A DNA stretch of 64,000 nucleotides from Candidatus Ozemobacteraceae bacterium. Lineage in GTDB: Bacteria; Muiribacteriota; Ozemobacteria; Ozemobacterales; Ozemobacteraceae. How positions within the stretch are numbered: position 1 is the first letter of the stretch; every line of letters begins with the position of its first letter. A program made the translations under genes and the position numbers. Under the pieces are notes generated by a model. The model was not told the DNA's origin, did not search any database, and saw only the letters and a program-made list of their open reading frames with translations. Positions 37,228 through 48,129 of this stretch are shown here, one piece after another. The stretch is from contig OZ223236.1 in NCBI GenBank assembly GCA_965140445.1, positions 32,001 through 96,000 of the forward strand. Reading direction: 5' to 3'.

Positions 37228-39068
37228 AAGTAGAACCCAAAGACCTCAAACACAGCCGACTGTACTATCTAAAATGGATATGGAACCAATACAAATCACA
37301 TAAAAAAATGATTGTGATACTGGTGGCCCTGACAATACTGTCTACGGCCATCGCAGTATTGTTTCCAATCGTCTTTAAATTCATTATTGATGGTCTTGTG
37401 AACGGCTTGAAGAAATATGATGCTGGAACCATAACTCTGGAAGCCGCCAAAGCAGAGCGAAACAAAATGCTGCTAATGCTACTGGCGCTTGGAATTGGTC
37501 CAGTTTTCACAGGCTTATACCCGTATTTACGTGCAAGAATGAATGTGACCTTTGAAATGTTCTTTCGCAAGAAATTCTTTACTGAGATTCTTGCGAAAGG
37601 TCACAAATTCTTCCTGCAATTCAGAACCGGTGATCTTGTAACCAGATTAACAGAAGATATCAGAACATGGCCACCAGGTTTATCCTGGCTGTGCTGCTCT
37701 GGAATCTTCCGAGCATTGAACTCAGCAAGCATTATATTCTTCTGTCTTGTAAGTATGATGCTTTTAAACTGGAAACTCGCTCTGCTTGCGCTTATCCCAT
37801 TACCGATAATGCTCGCAATATTCATGAAGCTTGAAAGCGGCTTTGGTTCAAGCTTCAAGAATTTACAAACCGGAATGTCAGAGGCAAATGACTTTCTTGA
37901 AGCTGGTTTTTCTGGAATAAAAATCATTGCTTCATTTAATGCCCATTTGCCCCAAAAAAAGCTCTTTGACAAATTGATGGATAAAAGAATTGAAATGGAA
38001 ATGAGAGTAGACACCCTATGGGGCCTATTCATGGTCTTTTTTGAATTCTTAAACTATGTCGGAGAAATACTTGTATTGATATTTGGTGGAATAATGGTCA
38101 TCAGAGGAGATATCACACTTGGTGTTTACTACGCCTTTTTCAGCTATCTCGGAATGATTATTTATCCTCTTATGGATATACCAATGCTTCTTGTAACACT
38201 TACTCAAGCTTGCGTTGCAATTGACAGACTTGAAGATCTGGAACTTGCTGACAAAAAATGGCAAGAACAAGACATAGACGGTAGCATTAAAATAGAAAGC
38301 CTTGATTCAATCTCCTTCAAAAATGTATCTTTTGAGCACGTTGAGCACAAAAATGCATCTGAAGAGGTGGAGCCTGAAGAAGAAAACAAGGACACCAAAA
38401 AAGCATTTTCATTTAAAAGCATCAGCTTTAACTTAATGAAAGGTGAAAAAATCGCTGTTGTTGGTCAAATTGGTTCAGGAAAAACAACTCTTCTAAACCT
38501 GGTAGCTGGAGTTATGAAGCCAGAGCATGGAGAAATCCTTGTTAATGACATCCCGCTTCCTCAGATCAATAAGGCATCGTTTAGAGAAAAAATTGGTTAC
38601 ATCCAACAAGAGCCAGTTATCTTCTCAGAAACGATAGAAACCAATATTGATTTCTGGAGAGGCTTTAAGAGCTCTGTAATCGAATCCTGCACAAGGTTAT
38701 CCCAATTTGAAAAAGAAGTCCTGGCCTTTCCATCTGGCTATTCAGAGCCTGTTGGGCAAAGAGGCGTAACTCTTTCAGGAGGGCAGCGACAAAGGCTTTC
38801 TATCGCAAGAGCGCTGGTAAACAGCCCGCAGTTGCTTTTAATGGATGACATTACCGCCAGTCTGGATGCAGCAAACGAAAGGCAGTTGTGGGAAGACCTG
38901 CATGCCAGCTTTGGCAAAATAACGTGCCTGATTGTTACTCATAGGATGGCAACTGCAATGATGGCAGATAGAATCATGGTTCTGAACGACGGAAAAATTG
39001 ATGCCATTGGCACACATGATGAGTTACTAAAAACGAACGACATATACAGAAATCTATCGCAGGCATAA
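37224..39068 (+). CDS. ABC exporter half-transporter (TMD+NBD), MdlA-like
   Basis: GQIGSGKTT, LSGGQ, LLMDD (catalytic Glu replaced by Asp); ATGA overlap with its partner. Confidence 0.93.
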   Translation: MKVEPKDLKHSRLYYLKWIWNQYKSHKKMIVILVALTILSTAIAVLFPIVFKFIIDGLVNGLKKYDAGTITLEAAKAERNKMLLMLLALGIGPVFTGLYPYLRARMNVTFEMFFRKKFFTEILAKGHKFFLQFRTGDLVTRLTEDIRTWPPGLSWLCCSGIFRALNSASIIFFCLVSMMLLNWKLALLALIPLPIMLAIFMKLESGFGSSFKNLQTGMSEANDFLEAGFSGIKIIASFNAHLPQKKLFDKLMDKRIEMEMRVDTLWGLFMVFFEFLNYVGEILVLIFGGIMVIRGDITLGVYYAFFSYLGMIIYPLMDIPMLLVTLTQACVAIDRLEDLELADKKWQEQDIDGSIKIESLDSISFKNVSFEHVEHKNASEEVEPEEENKDTKKAFSFKSISFNLMKGEKIAVVGQIGSGKTTLLNLVAGVMKPEHGEILVNDIPLPQINKASFREKIGYIQQEPVIFSETIETNIDFWRGFKSSVIESCTRLSQFEKEVLAFPSGYSEPVGQRGVTLSGGQRQRLSIARALVNSPQLLLMDDITASLDAANERQLWEDLHASFGKITCLIVTHRMATAMMADRIMVLNDGKIDAIGTHDELLKTNDIYRNLSQA

Positions 39069-39080
39069 TCCATGCTAAAC

Positions 39081-39112
39081 AAGCCGGGTCGCAAAAATTT
39101 GCGCCCCGGCTT
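39081..39112. terminator. Terminator between the convergent ABC and slyX genes
   Basis: AAGCCGGGTCGCAAA/TTTGCGCCCCGGCTT inverted repeat. Confidence 0.75.
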
Positions 39113-39134
39113 CACTTTTAGTTACCCGTTCAAA

Positions 39135-39335
39135 TCAGTAATGCGGCGGCTTTTCTTCTTCTGCAGTAAGTTGTCCCCACTGATCAATCCCACGAAATCT
39201 CTCTTTAAACTGAATAATTAGTTCAGAATGAGCATCCAACTGCTTTTGCTGAGAAACAACCACCTCATTAAGATCGTCCACATATTTCTCAAGATAGGTG
39301 ATACGCTTTTCCAATTCTAATATCTGGTTTTCCAA
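39135..39335 (-). CDS. slyX: SlyX family protein
   Basis: ILELEKRITYLE...LNEVV..QQ...EEKPPHY. Start re-placed at TTG 39335 after AGGAG. Confidence 0.85.
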   Translation of the reverse strand: MENQILELEKRITYLEKYVDDLNEVVVSQQKQLDAHSELIIQFKERFRGIDQWGQLTAEEEKPPHY

Positions 39336-39494
39336 ACTAAAACTCCTGTTTATCAAATCTTTTGAGAAGTAAAAAGTCATCTCTGAGGCAAAAAAGATAA
39401 TACAACTTTAGACGTCTTTTCAAAAGTTTATATAGGAACTATAGTAAAAAAAGAAAATAAATCATACTCAATTTACTATTTTGGAGATGCCAAA

Positions 39495-40025
39495 ATGACA
39501 AAAGCCATGAAAATTTTTAAGCAAAAGTTTATTCCTGAAAAAATTTACGACATCAGTGATGATGAAGTAATTTTTTTTAATAATGAGTTTATGATTACCA
39601 GTTGGGAAGCAACAAACAGCGAGATGGGAGTAAAAAAAGCACTATCACTAACTTCCTTCTCAAATGGATATCAAATTTCAAAAAAATTTAATAAAGAAAA
39701 TGAATTCATGTATTGGTATTGCGACATTGTTAAAGCCTGGCACGATAGAGAAAAAAATGAAATCTGGATACAGGACCTCATTGCAGATGTAATTTTATTT
39801 CCCGATAAAGCTCTTCAAGTAATTGACCTGCCAGAACTCGTTGAAGCAAGAAAAAACGGTCTAATTACAGAGGTCTTATTCCAGGAATGCCACAAAAGCA
39901 TCCTTTCTCTTGTTTCAAGCGTGATCCATGGCAATTTCCCGCCTCAGCAAAACCTTCCCAAAAACAAATCAGATGCTTTAATAGCGGCTCTTGAGGAATT
40001 CAAAAATGTTTTCAGGCAAAGCTAA
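39495..40025 (+). CDS. DUF402-like protein
   Basis: YWYCDI, DLIADV, VIDLPELVEA...GLIT pattern. Confidence 0.7.
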   Translation: MTKAMKIFKQKFIPEKIYDISDDEVIFFNNEFMITSWEATNSEMGVKKALSLTSFSNGYQISKKFNKENEFMYWYCDIVKAWHDREKNEIWIQDLIADVILFPDKALQVIDLPELVEARKNGLITEVLFQECHKSILSLVSSVIHGNFPPQQNLPKNKSDALIAALEEFKNVFRQS

Positions 40026-40033
40026 CGAATCAA

Positions 40034-41029
40034 TTAGTCTTCGGAACCAAAATACTCAGGATATAATTTCCTTGCGCAATCTGGGCAAATTCCATGGGAA
40101 AATTCAGCTTTTGTTCTATTTTGAATATACTCTTCCATAAGGTTCCAGTGATTTTTATCATCTCTGATTCTCTTACAGCTTGAGCAAATTGGCAATATGC
40201 CCTCAAGAGTTGAAACTTTTTGCATTGATTTAACCAATTCTTGATTTACTCTTTCTAGCTCTTCATACAGTCGCTTCATTTCAGTAATATTTACATGGGT
40301 TCCAACTGCCCGCAAAGGTTTTCCAAAATTGTCTCTCTCAACAACTTTTCCCCGATCAAGTATCCAAACAATTGAACCATCTTTGTGAATCATTCGATGC
40401 TCAGAGGAATAAATAGGTGTCTCGCCTGCGAGATGTCTTTCTAATTCTTTCATCACGCTCTCAATATCATCAGGATGAACCCTCTTGGACCACTCATCTA
40501 AAGAATTGCCTAATTCATGGTCTTCATAACCAAACATTTCCTTCCACAAAGGGGAAAAGTAAACTTTATTTGAAGCAATATCCCAGTCCCATAAGCCGTC
40601 TTTAGTAGATTCGTTAGAAAATTCCCATCTTTCTTCGCTAAGCTTAAGTTTTTTCTCTGCTTCAACACGCTTTGAAATATCATGAATTATAGAAAATAAT
40701 ATACTTTTCCCATCCAATTCAATGGGAGAAGAATGTACCTCTACAATTTTCACAATGCCATTTGATAGTTGATGAGGAAAAATGAAGTAGCTTCTCTCTT
40801 CCTTGGCTGCTTTTATGTATTCTTTTTCAACTTCGTCTTGAGAAAGAAGATTAATGTCCTGTATTCTCATTTTGCAGAACTTATCAAGCTCAAACCCATA
40901 AAACCTGATTGCCGATTCATTTGCTGATAAAATAGTGCCGTCACTAGGATCAACCAAAAGCATTACTGCACCATGCGTGGTAAACATTTTTTCAAAAAAA
41001 CGGCCCGTTTCACAAATACTTTTTAGCAT
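40034..41029 (-). CDS. Two-PAS sensor with C-terminal Cys/His motif and no enzymatic output
   Basis: PAS plus PAS_3 (WDWD, VHPDD, WILDRG); tail LPICSSCKRIR...W...FSHGICPDC. Confidence 0.85.
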   Translation of the reverse strand: MLKSICETGRFFEKMFTTHGAVMLLVDPSDGTILSANESAIRFYGFELDKFCKMRIQDINLLSQDEVEKEYIKAAKEERSYFIFPHQLSNGIVKIVEVHSSPIELDGKSILFSIIHDISKRVEAEKKLKLSEERWEFSNESTKDGLWDWDIASNKVYFSPLWKEMFGYEDHELGNSLDEWSKRVHPDDIESVMKELERHLAGETPIYSSEHRMIHKDGSIVWILDRGKVVERDNFGKPLRAVGTHVNITEMKRLYEELERVNQELVKSMQKVSTLEGILPICSSCKRIRDDKNHWNLMEEYIQNRTKAEFSHGICPDCARKLYPEYFGSED

Positions 41030-41154
41030 TTTTAAATAAAAAGATTGCTAATTCAAAGGCCAAATAACAACCCTTAATCCCCTTCTCCTATTGTTTTATC
41101 TATACATACAAAGTATACATGAATATTTAACACAAGCCAATCGTTTTAAAAGCT

Positions 41155-42060
41155 TTATGTTTCACGTGGAACCCCATTAGAAGAAAACTTATTAAATAGA
41201 ATAATCGACGCTGCAATCATTACCATACCAAGAATAGATTGTACCTGTGGCGATTCACCCGGCAAAAACACCCAACTCAAAACAGCTCCCGAAACAGGAA
41301 TAATAAACTTCCACAAATTTAAATCAGAGACTTTAACCCCACGCTGCCTCAATAACCAAAACCACAGAGAAAATGCGACTGCGGAGATAAATGATAGCCA
41401 GAGCAAGGAGGCGAGAAAATGCCACTCTGGCAATTGAGAACCCACGATGTACCCTTCCTCACAAAAAAGAGAAATAACAAATAGCCCAAAGCCGCCCAGA
41501 AATATCTGCATTGAATTTTGAAAAATTGCTGGTAGTCTGGACGGGTATTTTACGACCACAACATTTCCAAATGCCGAAGAGCAGCATGATCCAAGAATTA
41601 AAAGCATTCCAGACAAACTATTCTGCGCTCCGGAAAAATTTCCATTGCGCCCAAGAATTATCAAGCCAACCCCCATCACCCCTACTAACAGGCTAAATGT
41701 CTTTCCTGGAGTTAGTCGATCCGATTTTAGGAAAAAATGTGACATTATCGCAGCCCAAAGCGGAGATGAACCAACAATAATAGCGGTTACAGCTCCTGAA
41801 ACCTTTGCAATACCAGCATAAAATAATGAATACAAAAGAAAGGTCTGAAAAAAACTTAACAAAAGTAATTTTGGGAAACTTTTCTTAAAGTCAATAAAAC
41901 CGGGGCGCTCTCGCCACCAAAACGGTATCAAAAGCACCCCGGAAATCATAAATCTTATGCCTGCAAAGTAAAATGGAGTAGCAAAATTTAAGCCGATTTT
42001 TATGCCAACAAAAGCAGTCGACCACAAAAAACAACAAAGAATAGCAAGAAACTTTACCAC
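41155..42060 (-). CDS. DMT/EamA family transporter
   Basis: LWSTAFVGIK, FAGIRF, about 10 TM segments. Confidence 0.88.
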   Translation of the reverse strand: MVKFLAILCCFLWSTAFVGIKIGLNFATPFYFAGIRFMISGVLLIPFWWRERPGFIDFKKSFPKLLLLSFFQTFLLYSLFYAGIAKVSGAVTAIIVGSSPLWAAIMSHFFLKSDRLTPGKTFSLLVGVMGVGLIILGRNGNFSGAQNSLSGMLLILGSCCSSAFGNVVVVKYPSRLPAIFQNSMQIFLGGFGLFVISLFCEEGYIVGSQLPEWHFLASLLWLSFISAVAFSLWFWLLRQRGVKVSDLNLWKFIIPVSGAVLSWVFLPGESPQVQSILGMVMIAASIILFNKFSSNGVPRET

Positions 42061-42116
42061 TAATTACGCCATTTTAACCAATCCGCAATTGAGATTTACC
42101 AAGTTGTAAGCAAAAC

Positions 42117-42617
42117 CTATTTTATTACTTTTATAAGTTCGACTTCGAAATTTAAAGTTGCATTTGGTGGAATTACGTTGCCAGCACCCATTGCTCCATA
42201 ACCAAGCTCAGGAGGGATTATCACCTGCCATCTGCCGCCTTCTTTCATCATCTGAAGTGCTTGAGTCCACCCCTTGATAACTTGATTAACCCTGAATGTA
42301 GTAGACTGACCTCTGCCATAGGAACTATCAAACTCCTTACCGTCCATCAAAGTGCCTCGATAATGAACTTCAACCTGCTCAGTTTCCTGAGGACTTCGTC
42401 CTGTACCTTTGCGAAGAACCCTATATTTCAACCCGGATGGCAAAACAGTTAATTCAGAATCCTGAGGAATTCCCACCGCTGGTGGGATTTTGGACGGATG
42501 GATAAATCCACCTTTTTGCTTTGGAGCCTTATTATCACAGCCTGCAAGCAAAATACCAAACGCTACAAGTCCTATAAATAATACGCTTGTTTTAAATATT
42601 TTCAAGATTTCCTCCAT
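42117..42617 (-). CDS. FKBP-type peptidyl-prolyl isomerase lipoprotein
   Basis: Lipobox LLAGC; VHYRGTL, FDSSY, VIKGW, IPPELGYG, IPPNATLNFEVEL. Confidence 0.95.
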   Translation of the reverse strand: MEEILKIFKTSVLFIGLVAFGILLAGCDNKAPKQKGGFIHPSKIPPAVGIPQDSELTVLPSGLKYRVLRKGTGRSPQETEQVEVHYRGTLMDGKEFDSSYGRGQSTTFRVNQVIKGWTQALQMMKEGGRWQVIIPPELGYGAMGAGNVIPPNATLNFEVELIKVIK

Positions 42618-42627
42618 ATAATACGGA

Positions 42628-42662
42628 AAACAAAAGTCGTGCCGGAACTCCCGACACGACTT
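42628..42662 (-). terminator. Terminator after rubredoxin
   Basis: Minus strand AAGTCGTGTCGG-loop-CCGGCACGACTT then TTGTTT. Confidence 0.75.
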
Positions 42663-42678
42663 CTATTAAGACATTAAA

Positions 42679-42837
42679 TCAAGCTTTTTCGAACTGATCT
42701 TTGCCTACGCCACAAGCTGGGCAAACCCAATCTTCTGGTATATCTTCAAACTTTGTACCAGGAGCAATTCCGTTATCAGGATCGCCTACTTCGGGATCGT
42801 ATTCATAACCGCATACTGTGCAAACATATTTATCCAT
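42679..42837 (-). CDS. Rubredoxin (52 aa)
   Basis: Below the ORF-track cutoff: [60 protein letters not shown]. Confidence 0.97.
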   Translation of the reverse strand: MDKYVCTVCGYEYDPEVGDPDNGIAPGTKFEDIPEDWVCPACGVGKDQFEKA

Positions 42838-42852
42838 ATTAATGGCCTCCAT

Positions 42853-43374
42853 TTAAAATGTTTCAACTATTTTCTGAAGAAGTATCACTTCGTTCTCTTC
42901 CAACCAATTATCTACCATAAAAACAGGATACTTTTCATCCTCAATTACAGCAGTTTTTACCGGACGTTCAGACTTCTCGTCAATTGCTGCCGGGAGAGGT
43001 TCAACCACCCCATCTTTAAGCCTATATTCAATGCTATCAGCCAACATGCCTACATAAGAATTATCTGTTAGCTTGAAACAAATCATCCTGGTCTCAAGCG
43101 TCTTATCAATAGCTTTACTGAACCCCAATCTATCACGCAAATTAACCTGTGGAATAATATTTCCGCGAATATTTACCACACCTTCGATAATTTCTGAAGC
43201 TTCAGGTATATTTATCAAAGTCCCCGGCATTTTTACTTCTGCAACATCTAAAGCCGGTATGGCAAAAACTCTATTGCTAACATTAAATAGAAAGAATTTT
43301 TCAAACCTTCCAGCAATGTTTTTTTCTCGGGCATTTCTGGCAATTCTTTTTATTAATGGAAGTATTGGGGTCAT
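42853..43374 (-). CDS. CheW-like protein
   Basis: FAIPALDVAEV, IP...IEGVVNIRGNIIPQVNLRDRLG, VGMLADSI. Start re-placed at ATG 43374. Confidence 0.85.
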   Translation of the reverse strand: MTPILPLIKRIARNAREKNIAGRFEKFFLFNVSNRVFAIPALDVAEVKMPGTLINIPEASEIIEGVVNIRGNIIPQVNLRDRLGFSKAIDKTLETRMICFKLTDNSYVGMLADSIEYRLKDGVVEPLPAAIDEKSERPVKTAVIEDEKYPVFMVDNWLEENEVILLQKIVETF

Positions 43375-43375
43375 T

Positions 43376-45007
43376 TTAATCTCCAAGATCGGTGAACAAA
43401 CCAAGCCCTTTTGCAGCCTGATTCGCTTCAATTTGTGTTCTAGGAATAACTCCAGAAGATTCAGAATCTAATCCCATAGCCGAAGTCTTCTTGGCTCTTT
43501 TTTCTGCCCAACTTCGCAGCTCTTCAATCTTTTCTCTCATAGTTACATACAACGGGACAGTTTCTTTTAAAGCAGCCAGAATAAAATCGGTATTAATATC
43601 TGACTGGGCGTGAAATGCCTCATACATTGCTTCAATAATTGCCTGCTCAATTTCTGCACCAGAAAACCCGTTACTGGCTGCTGAGAGTTTTGCTGCATCT
43701 ACGACTTCCGGGTTTCTCCCACGTTTTTTCACATGAATTTTGAAGATCTCTTCACGCTCTTTTGCATTTGGTAGATCAACAAAAAAGATTTCATCAAAAC
43801 GACCTTTTCTTAGAAGCTCTGGAGGCAGCTCTTTGATAGAGTTGGCCGTTGCGATTACAAAAACCGGAACTGTTTTTTCCTGAAGCCAGGTTATGAAGCT
43901 ACCGAAGATCCTGGTTCCAACGCCACCATCTCCGCCACTTCCTCCACCTACTCCAGAAAAAGCTTTTTCAATCTCATCCATCCATAATATGGTTGGGGAA
44001 AGAGCTTCGGCCATATTTATAGCTTTACGTAGATTCTCTTCTGATTCTCCAACGTATTTACCAAAAATAGAGCCAACATCAAGCCTAAGCAATGGCAAAC
44101 GCCACAAAGCGCTTATAGCTTTACTAATCAAACTTTTCCCGCAGCCCTGAACACCGAGAAGTAAAATTCCTTTAGGCTCAGGCAACCCAAAATCTCTCGC
44201 CCTTGCAGTAAAAGCTTCGCCTCTCTTTACAAGCCAATCTTTAAGAATTTCAAGGCCGCCAACACTATCAAAGCTATCCTGGACTTCATAGAACTCCAAC
44301 AGACCACTTTTTCGAATAATCTGTTTTTTCTCAGAGAGAATGAACGGAATATCGGCCTCATCAAATCTCAAATCATTAACAATCGCACGATTAAAAACAT
44401 TTTCAATTTCTGCAACAGTAAGCCCTGAAACTGATTTTACAATCCTATCCTTATCATCAGCAGACAAGCTGACAGTAACTTTTTCTCCATAAGTTTTTTT
44501 AACCTGCTGAACAGTGGAATCAAGAAGATCAGAAATCTCTTTTAAATCTGGCAGAGGAAAATCAAAAACACTGATATCTTTTTCAAGCTCAGTTGGAATT
44601 TTCAGAATTGGGCTGAGAATAATCAAGCTTTTAAAACTGGTTCTAAAGCTGATCGCAATATCTCTAAGGACTCTTCTAACCTGAAGAGGGTCAGTTACAT
44701 ATTGTGGAAAAGGATCTTCCAGAAATAAATGCAAGTCCTTAAACACAAAAATAGCTTTCTCCTGCGATTTATTAATATACCTTAAAGCCTTCAGAGGACC
44801 GCACATGCTCTTTCCCTCTGAATCTAATATTTCTTTACCGTCAGGATCTATCAAACCATCAGATACAGACCACACCCAAAGTCGCTTTCCTGTTTGCTGA
44901 GCAACAGAACTAACACCCCTTAAAGCGCGATCTTCTTCGCTTGAAACCAGATATAAAATGGGGTATCTGGCACGTACATAGTCGGAAATTTCTTTAATAA
45001 CGTTCAT
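43376..45007 (-). CDS. Ycf46-family AAA+ ATPase
   Basis: [59 protein letters not shown] motifs. Confidence 0.9.
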   Translation of the reverse strand: MNVIKEISDYVRARYPILYLVSSEEDRALRGVSSVAQQTGKRLWVWSVSDGLIDPDGKEILDSEGKSMCGPLKALRYINKSQEKAIFVFKDLHLFLEDPFPQYVTDPLQVRRVLRDIAISFRTSFKSLIILSPILKIPTELEKDISVFDFPLPDLKEISDLLDSTVQQVKKTYGEKVTVSLSADDKDRIVKSVSGLTVAEIENVFNRAIVNDLRFDEADIPFILSEKKQIIRKSGLLEFYEVQDSFDSVGGLEILKDWLVKRGEAFTARARDFGLPEPKGILLLGVQGCGKSLISKAISALWRLPLLRLDVGSIFGKYVGESEENLRKAINMAEALSPTILWMDEIEKAFSGVGGGSGGDGGVGTRIFGSFITWLQEKTVPVFVIATANSIKELPPELLRKGRFDEIFFVDLPNAKEREEIFKIHVKKRGRNPEVVDAAKLSAASNGFSGAEIEQAIIEAMYEAFHAQSDINTDFILAALKETVPLYVTMREKIEELRSWAEKRAKKTSAMGLDSESSGVIPRTQIEANQAAKGLGLFTDLGD

Positions 45008-45110
45008 CTTATACCCCCATATTTTTTGCCATTCTATCAGAAACAGCTTTTCAGACCAATACCCTTGCTAGAAAGCACTAACTAATGGTATTTCGCTTAC
45101 AAAAAGAAGT

Positions 45111-45698
45111 CTATTTGCCCTGCAAGAACTCTATAAAATCCTTCATTGCTCTTGCTCGGTGACTAATTTTGTTTTTTTCATCAGAATCAAGTTCAGCTAC
45201 CGAACAGTTCTTTTCCGGCAACATAAAAATCGGGTCATAACCAAATCCGCCTGCTCCGCTTCTTTCAAAGCCGATTACCCCAGGAAAGATCCCTTCAAAC
45301 TCATGTTCCATGCCTGAAGCATCTATATAGGCAATAACGCATCTGAATCTTGCGGTTCGCTTTTCTTTTGGAACGCCGGCTAATTCAACCAATAGCTTTT
45401 CAATGTTCTTTTCATGATCGCCATCAAACCCGGAATACCTGGAAGAATAAATCCCGGGCCTTCCGTTCAGAGCATCAACCTCAAGCCCTGAATCATCGGC
45501 AAAAACAGGCTCATTCACCTCTTTAAAAAGAGCTTTGGCCTTTATAAGGGCATTTTCACTATAGGTTGTTCCATTTTCTTCAATGTCTGGAAAGTCAGGC
45601 AAATCGCGAAGACTCCTTACAGAATAGGAACTCCCCAAAATGTGCTGAATTTCTTCTACTTTATGCGAGTTCTTTGTTGCAACCCAAATATTCATCAA
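45111..45698 (-). CDS. rdgB: Non-canonical purine NTP pyrophosphatase
   Basis: ATKNSHK, ADDSGL, GFGYDPIF, KNKISHR motifs. Confidence 0.96.
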   Translation of the reverse strand: MMNIWVATKNSHKVEEIQHILGSSYSVRSLRDLPDFPDIEENGTTYSENALIKAKALFKEVNEPVFADDSGLEVDALNGRPGIYSSRYSGFDGDHEKNIEKLLVELAGVPKEKRTARFRCVIAYIDASGMEHEFEGIFPGVIGFERSGAGGFGYDPIFMLPEKNCSVAELDSDEKNKISHRARAMKDFIEFLQGK

Positions 45699-46426
45699 AT
45701 ATTTTCCAACGCCTTATCTTGTAGCTCAAACAACTTTTTGATGCCTTCTTCGCCAAGATCAATCATCTGGTTTAGTTGTTCTCTGCTGTAGGTTCCGTCT
45801 TCTGCGGTTCCCTGAACTTCAACAAAACCACCACTTCTTGTCATAACAAGATTTAAATCTGTCTCTGCTTTAGAATCTTCAGGATAATCAAGATCAAGAT
45901 GAGCTTTCCCATCCAAAATCCCTATGCTTACAGCAGCAATGCGATTGACAATTGGATTTTCAGTAAGTTTACCTTCGGCCATCAATTTTTTAACTGCCAT
46001 TTCAAGAGCGACCATTGCGCCAGTAATTGAAGCTGTCCTTGTTCCGCCATCTGCCTGAAGAACATCACAATCAATCATCAAAGTTCTTTGGCCCAATTTG
46101 GTTAAGTCCAGAGCAGTTCTCATTGCGCGTCCTACTAAACGCTGAATTTCATGAACACGACCTTTTACAGTTGTTTTTCCATAACCCGCTCTTGGATTTC
46201 TTGACAATCCACAAGCAGGCATCAAAGCGTATTCAGCAGTTAACCAGCCCTGTGGAACAGATCTGGATTCAACAAAAGGTGGAACTTTTTCTTCAACCTG
46301 GACGGTACACAAGACTCTTGTGTCGCCAAAAGATATCAGGGCGGACCCATGTGGGTATTTTACAAATCCTGTTTCTATGGTTACAGGTCTCATTTCGTTT
46401 AATGCGCGACCATCGTGCCTTGTCAT
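45695..46426 (-). CDS. rph: Ribonuclease PH
   Basis: GWLTAEY, EIQRLVGR, DCDVLQADGGTRTASITG, EVQGTAE motifs. Confidence 0.97.
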   Translation of the reverse strand: MTRHDGRALNEMRPVTIETGFVKYPHGSALISFGDTRVLCTVQVEEKVPPFVESRSVPQGWLTAEYALMPACGLSRNPRAGYGKTTVKGRVHEIQRLVGRAMRTALDLTKLGQRTLMIDCDVLQADGGTRTASITGAMVALEMAVKKLMAEGKLTENPIVNRIAAVSIGILDGKAHLDLDYPEDSKAETDLNLVMTRSGGFVEVQGTAEDGTYSREQLNQMIDLGEEGIKKLFELQDKALENI

Positions 46427-46602
46427 GTTCTTTTCCTCCGCCAGTTAATTTTTCATAGCAAGAATATCACTTATTAAAGACAGATAAAAGAAAAACTTCC
46501 CCTAACTCGGTCTTGTAACCGTGCAAACTTTTGCCTATCATTTACTCCAATTTTTTTCTACAATTAGAGTTCACTTGGTTTAGAAAATGAAAGGATAGTT
46601 AA

Positions 46603-46935
46603 ATGACATCAACAACAGAGACCTCTACGGCCAATAAAGGGAAAAGCCACATAGAATATCTTTTAGCCTTCCTGAGTGTGGTAATTCCTGCTCTGGTTCT
46701 TTTTTCCGGCCATCTTTATAAAGAAACCGAGGCAAAAAGAGGGATACATGAAAAATATGTTGAAATGTCAATCAAAGTATTAAGCCAAAAACCAGATCCA
46801 AAAACCATAGAGTTAAGAAAATGGGCATTAAAGGTTTTACATAGGTATAGCGAAATTCCAATACATGAAGAAGCTCAAAAACACATTCTTGAAAATGCAC
46901 TTCCTTCTGAAACCGTCTCCAACGATCAAATATAG
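46603..46935 (+). CDS. Hypothetical single-TM protein
   Basis: AAGGA RBS; one hydrophobic segment. Confidence 0.6.
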   Translation: MTSTTETSTANKGKSHIEYLLAFLSVVIPALVLFSGHLYKETEAKRGIHEKYVEMSIKVLSQKPDPKTIELRKWALKVLHRYSEIPIHEEAQKHILENALPSETVSNDQI

Positions 46936-46948
46936 AGTTTAATTGTTA

Positions 46949-47524
46949 ATGAAGTCATCTAAGAAAAGTCATATTGTTCCAGAAATAGAAACTCCCAGGA
47001 CGATTATGACCATTTTAAATTCCCAAAAAGCCCATTTGATTCATGAATACTATCTGTTAAACAAATCTCGACTGGCAAAATTTGAGCCATTAAGACCCAG
47101 AGATTTTTTTACGCTTTCAAACTGGGAAATGAGAACAGGTGCTTCATTCAAAAATTTCCTCGATGGGACCTCTGTTAATTTTGTAGCTCTGGACAAAGAG
47201 TTTAAAACGATGCTTGGCGCAGTAAATTTCACAGGAATAGCAATGGGACCGTTCAAGGCTTGCTTTATGGGTTTTTCCATAACTGGTGATATGGAGGGAA
47301 AAGGCCTGGCAACAGAAATTGTTTCAGCTGGAATAAACTTTATGTTTTCCGAAAAAAAACTCCATAGAATTATGGCAAACCATCTTCCGCAAAACATAAG
47401 AAGCGCTAATCTTTTAAAAAAATTGGGATTTGAAAAAGAAGGCTACGCAAAATCCTATTTAAAAATCGCCGGCCAATGGCAGGATCACGTTCTTAACTCA
47501 CTGGTTAACCCAGCAGATCTTTAA
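46949..47524 (+). CDS. RimJ-like GNAT N-acetyltransferase
   Basis: GPFKACFMGF, GKGLATE, LHRIMAN, GFEKEGYAKSYLKIAGQWQDH. Confidence 0.9.
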   Translation: MKSSKKSHIVPEIETPRTIMTILNSQKAHLIHEYYLLNKSRLAKFEPLRPRDFFTLSNWEMRTGASFKNFLDGTSVNFVALDKEFKTMLGAVNFTGIAMGPFKACFMGFSITGDMEGKGLATEIVSAGINFMFSEKKLHRIMANHLPQNIRSANLLKKLGFEKEGYAKSYLKIAGQWQDHVLNSLVNPADL

Positions 47525-47550
47525 TTTCTTACATTTGAGTCGAGGATAAA

Positions 47551-48021
47551 ATGACAACAGGAAAACCACAAATAAATTGCAACTATGCCGCAGCTGTAGT
47601 CCTCAAAAAAGACAAAGATTCAACAAAAATGCTCATTCTCAAAAGAGCTGAAGAAACTTTAAATGGCATCTGGTGTCATGTTGCGGGTAGAATTGAAGAC
47701 AATGAAAAAGCTTGGGAAACAGCCTTAAGAGAAATAAAAGAAGAAACAGATTTAAAGCCTTACGAGTTTTATTCAAGCGACTACTGCGAAGTGTTTTATG
47801 AGACTGATAAAAACTCAATAGCTATGGTTCCTGCTTTTGTAGCATTTGTAAAACCCGATGCCAAAGTAGTGTTAAATAGTGAACACTCAGATTTCAAATG
47901 GGTAACCATTGAGCAAGCTTGCGAAATGGTCCCCTTCAGAACACAGCGAGAATTATATAACTGCGTAAAGGAAGAGTTCATTCTACGCTCCCCACAACAA
48001 CTGCTAAAAATTGAAATCTAG
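47551..48021 (+). CDS. NUDIX hydrolase
   Basis: Nudix box GRIEDNEKAWETALREIKEET; LNSEH. Confidence 0.92.
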   Translation: MTTGKPQINCNYAAAVVLKKDKDSTKMLILKRAEETLNGIWCHVAGRIEDNEKAWETALREIKEETDLKPYEFYSSDYCEVFYETDKNSIAMVPAFVAFVKPDAKVVLNSEHSDFKWVTIEQACEMVPFRTQRELYNCVKEEFILRSPQQLLKIEI

Positions 48022-48129
48022 CAACTTTCTTTGTAAAAAGAGATTAATTTCATTTTTTATGTCTTGATTCCTAAGTAAAACATAGGCATAATCTGCTGAC
48101 TTAATTCCAAAAATATCCGGGAGTCACAC

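Noticed and set aside
35428..39068. Asymmetric ATP sites in the ABC pair as a novelty
   Set aside because: One degenerate site (LSYGE paired with Walker B DD) is standard for heterodimeric exporters.
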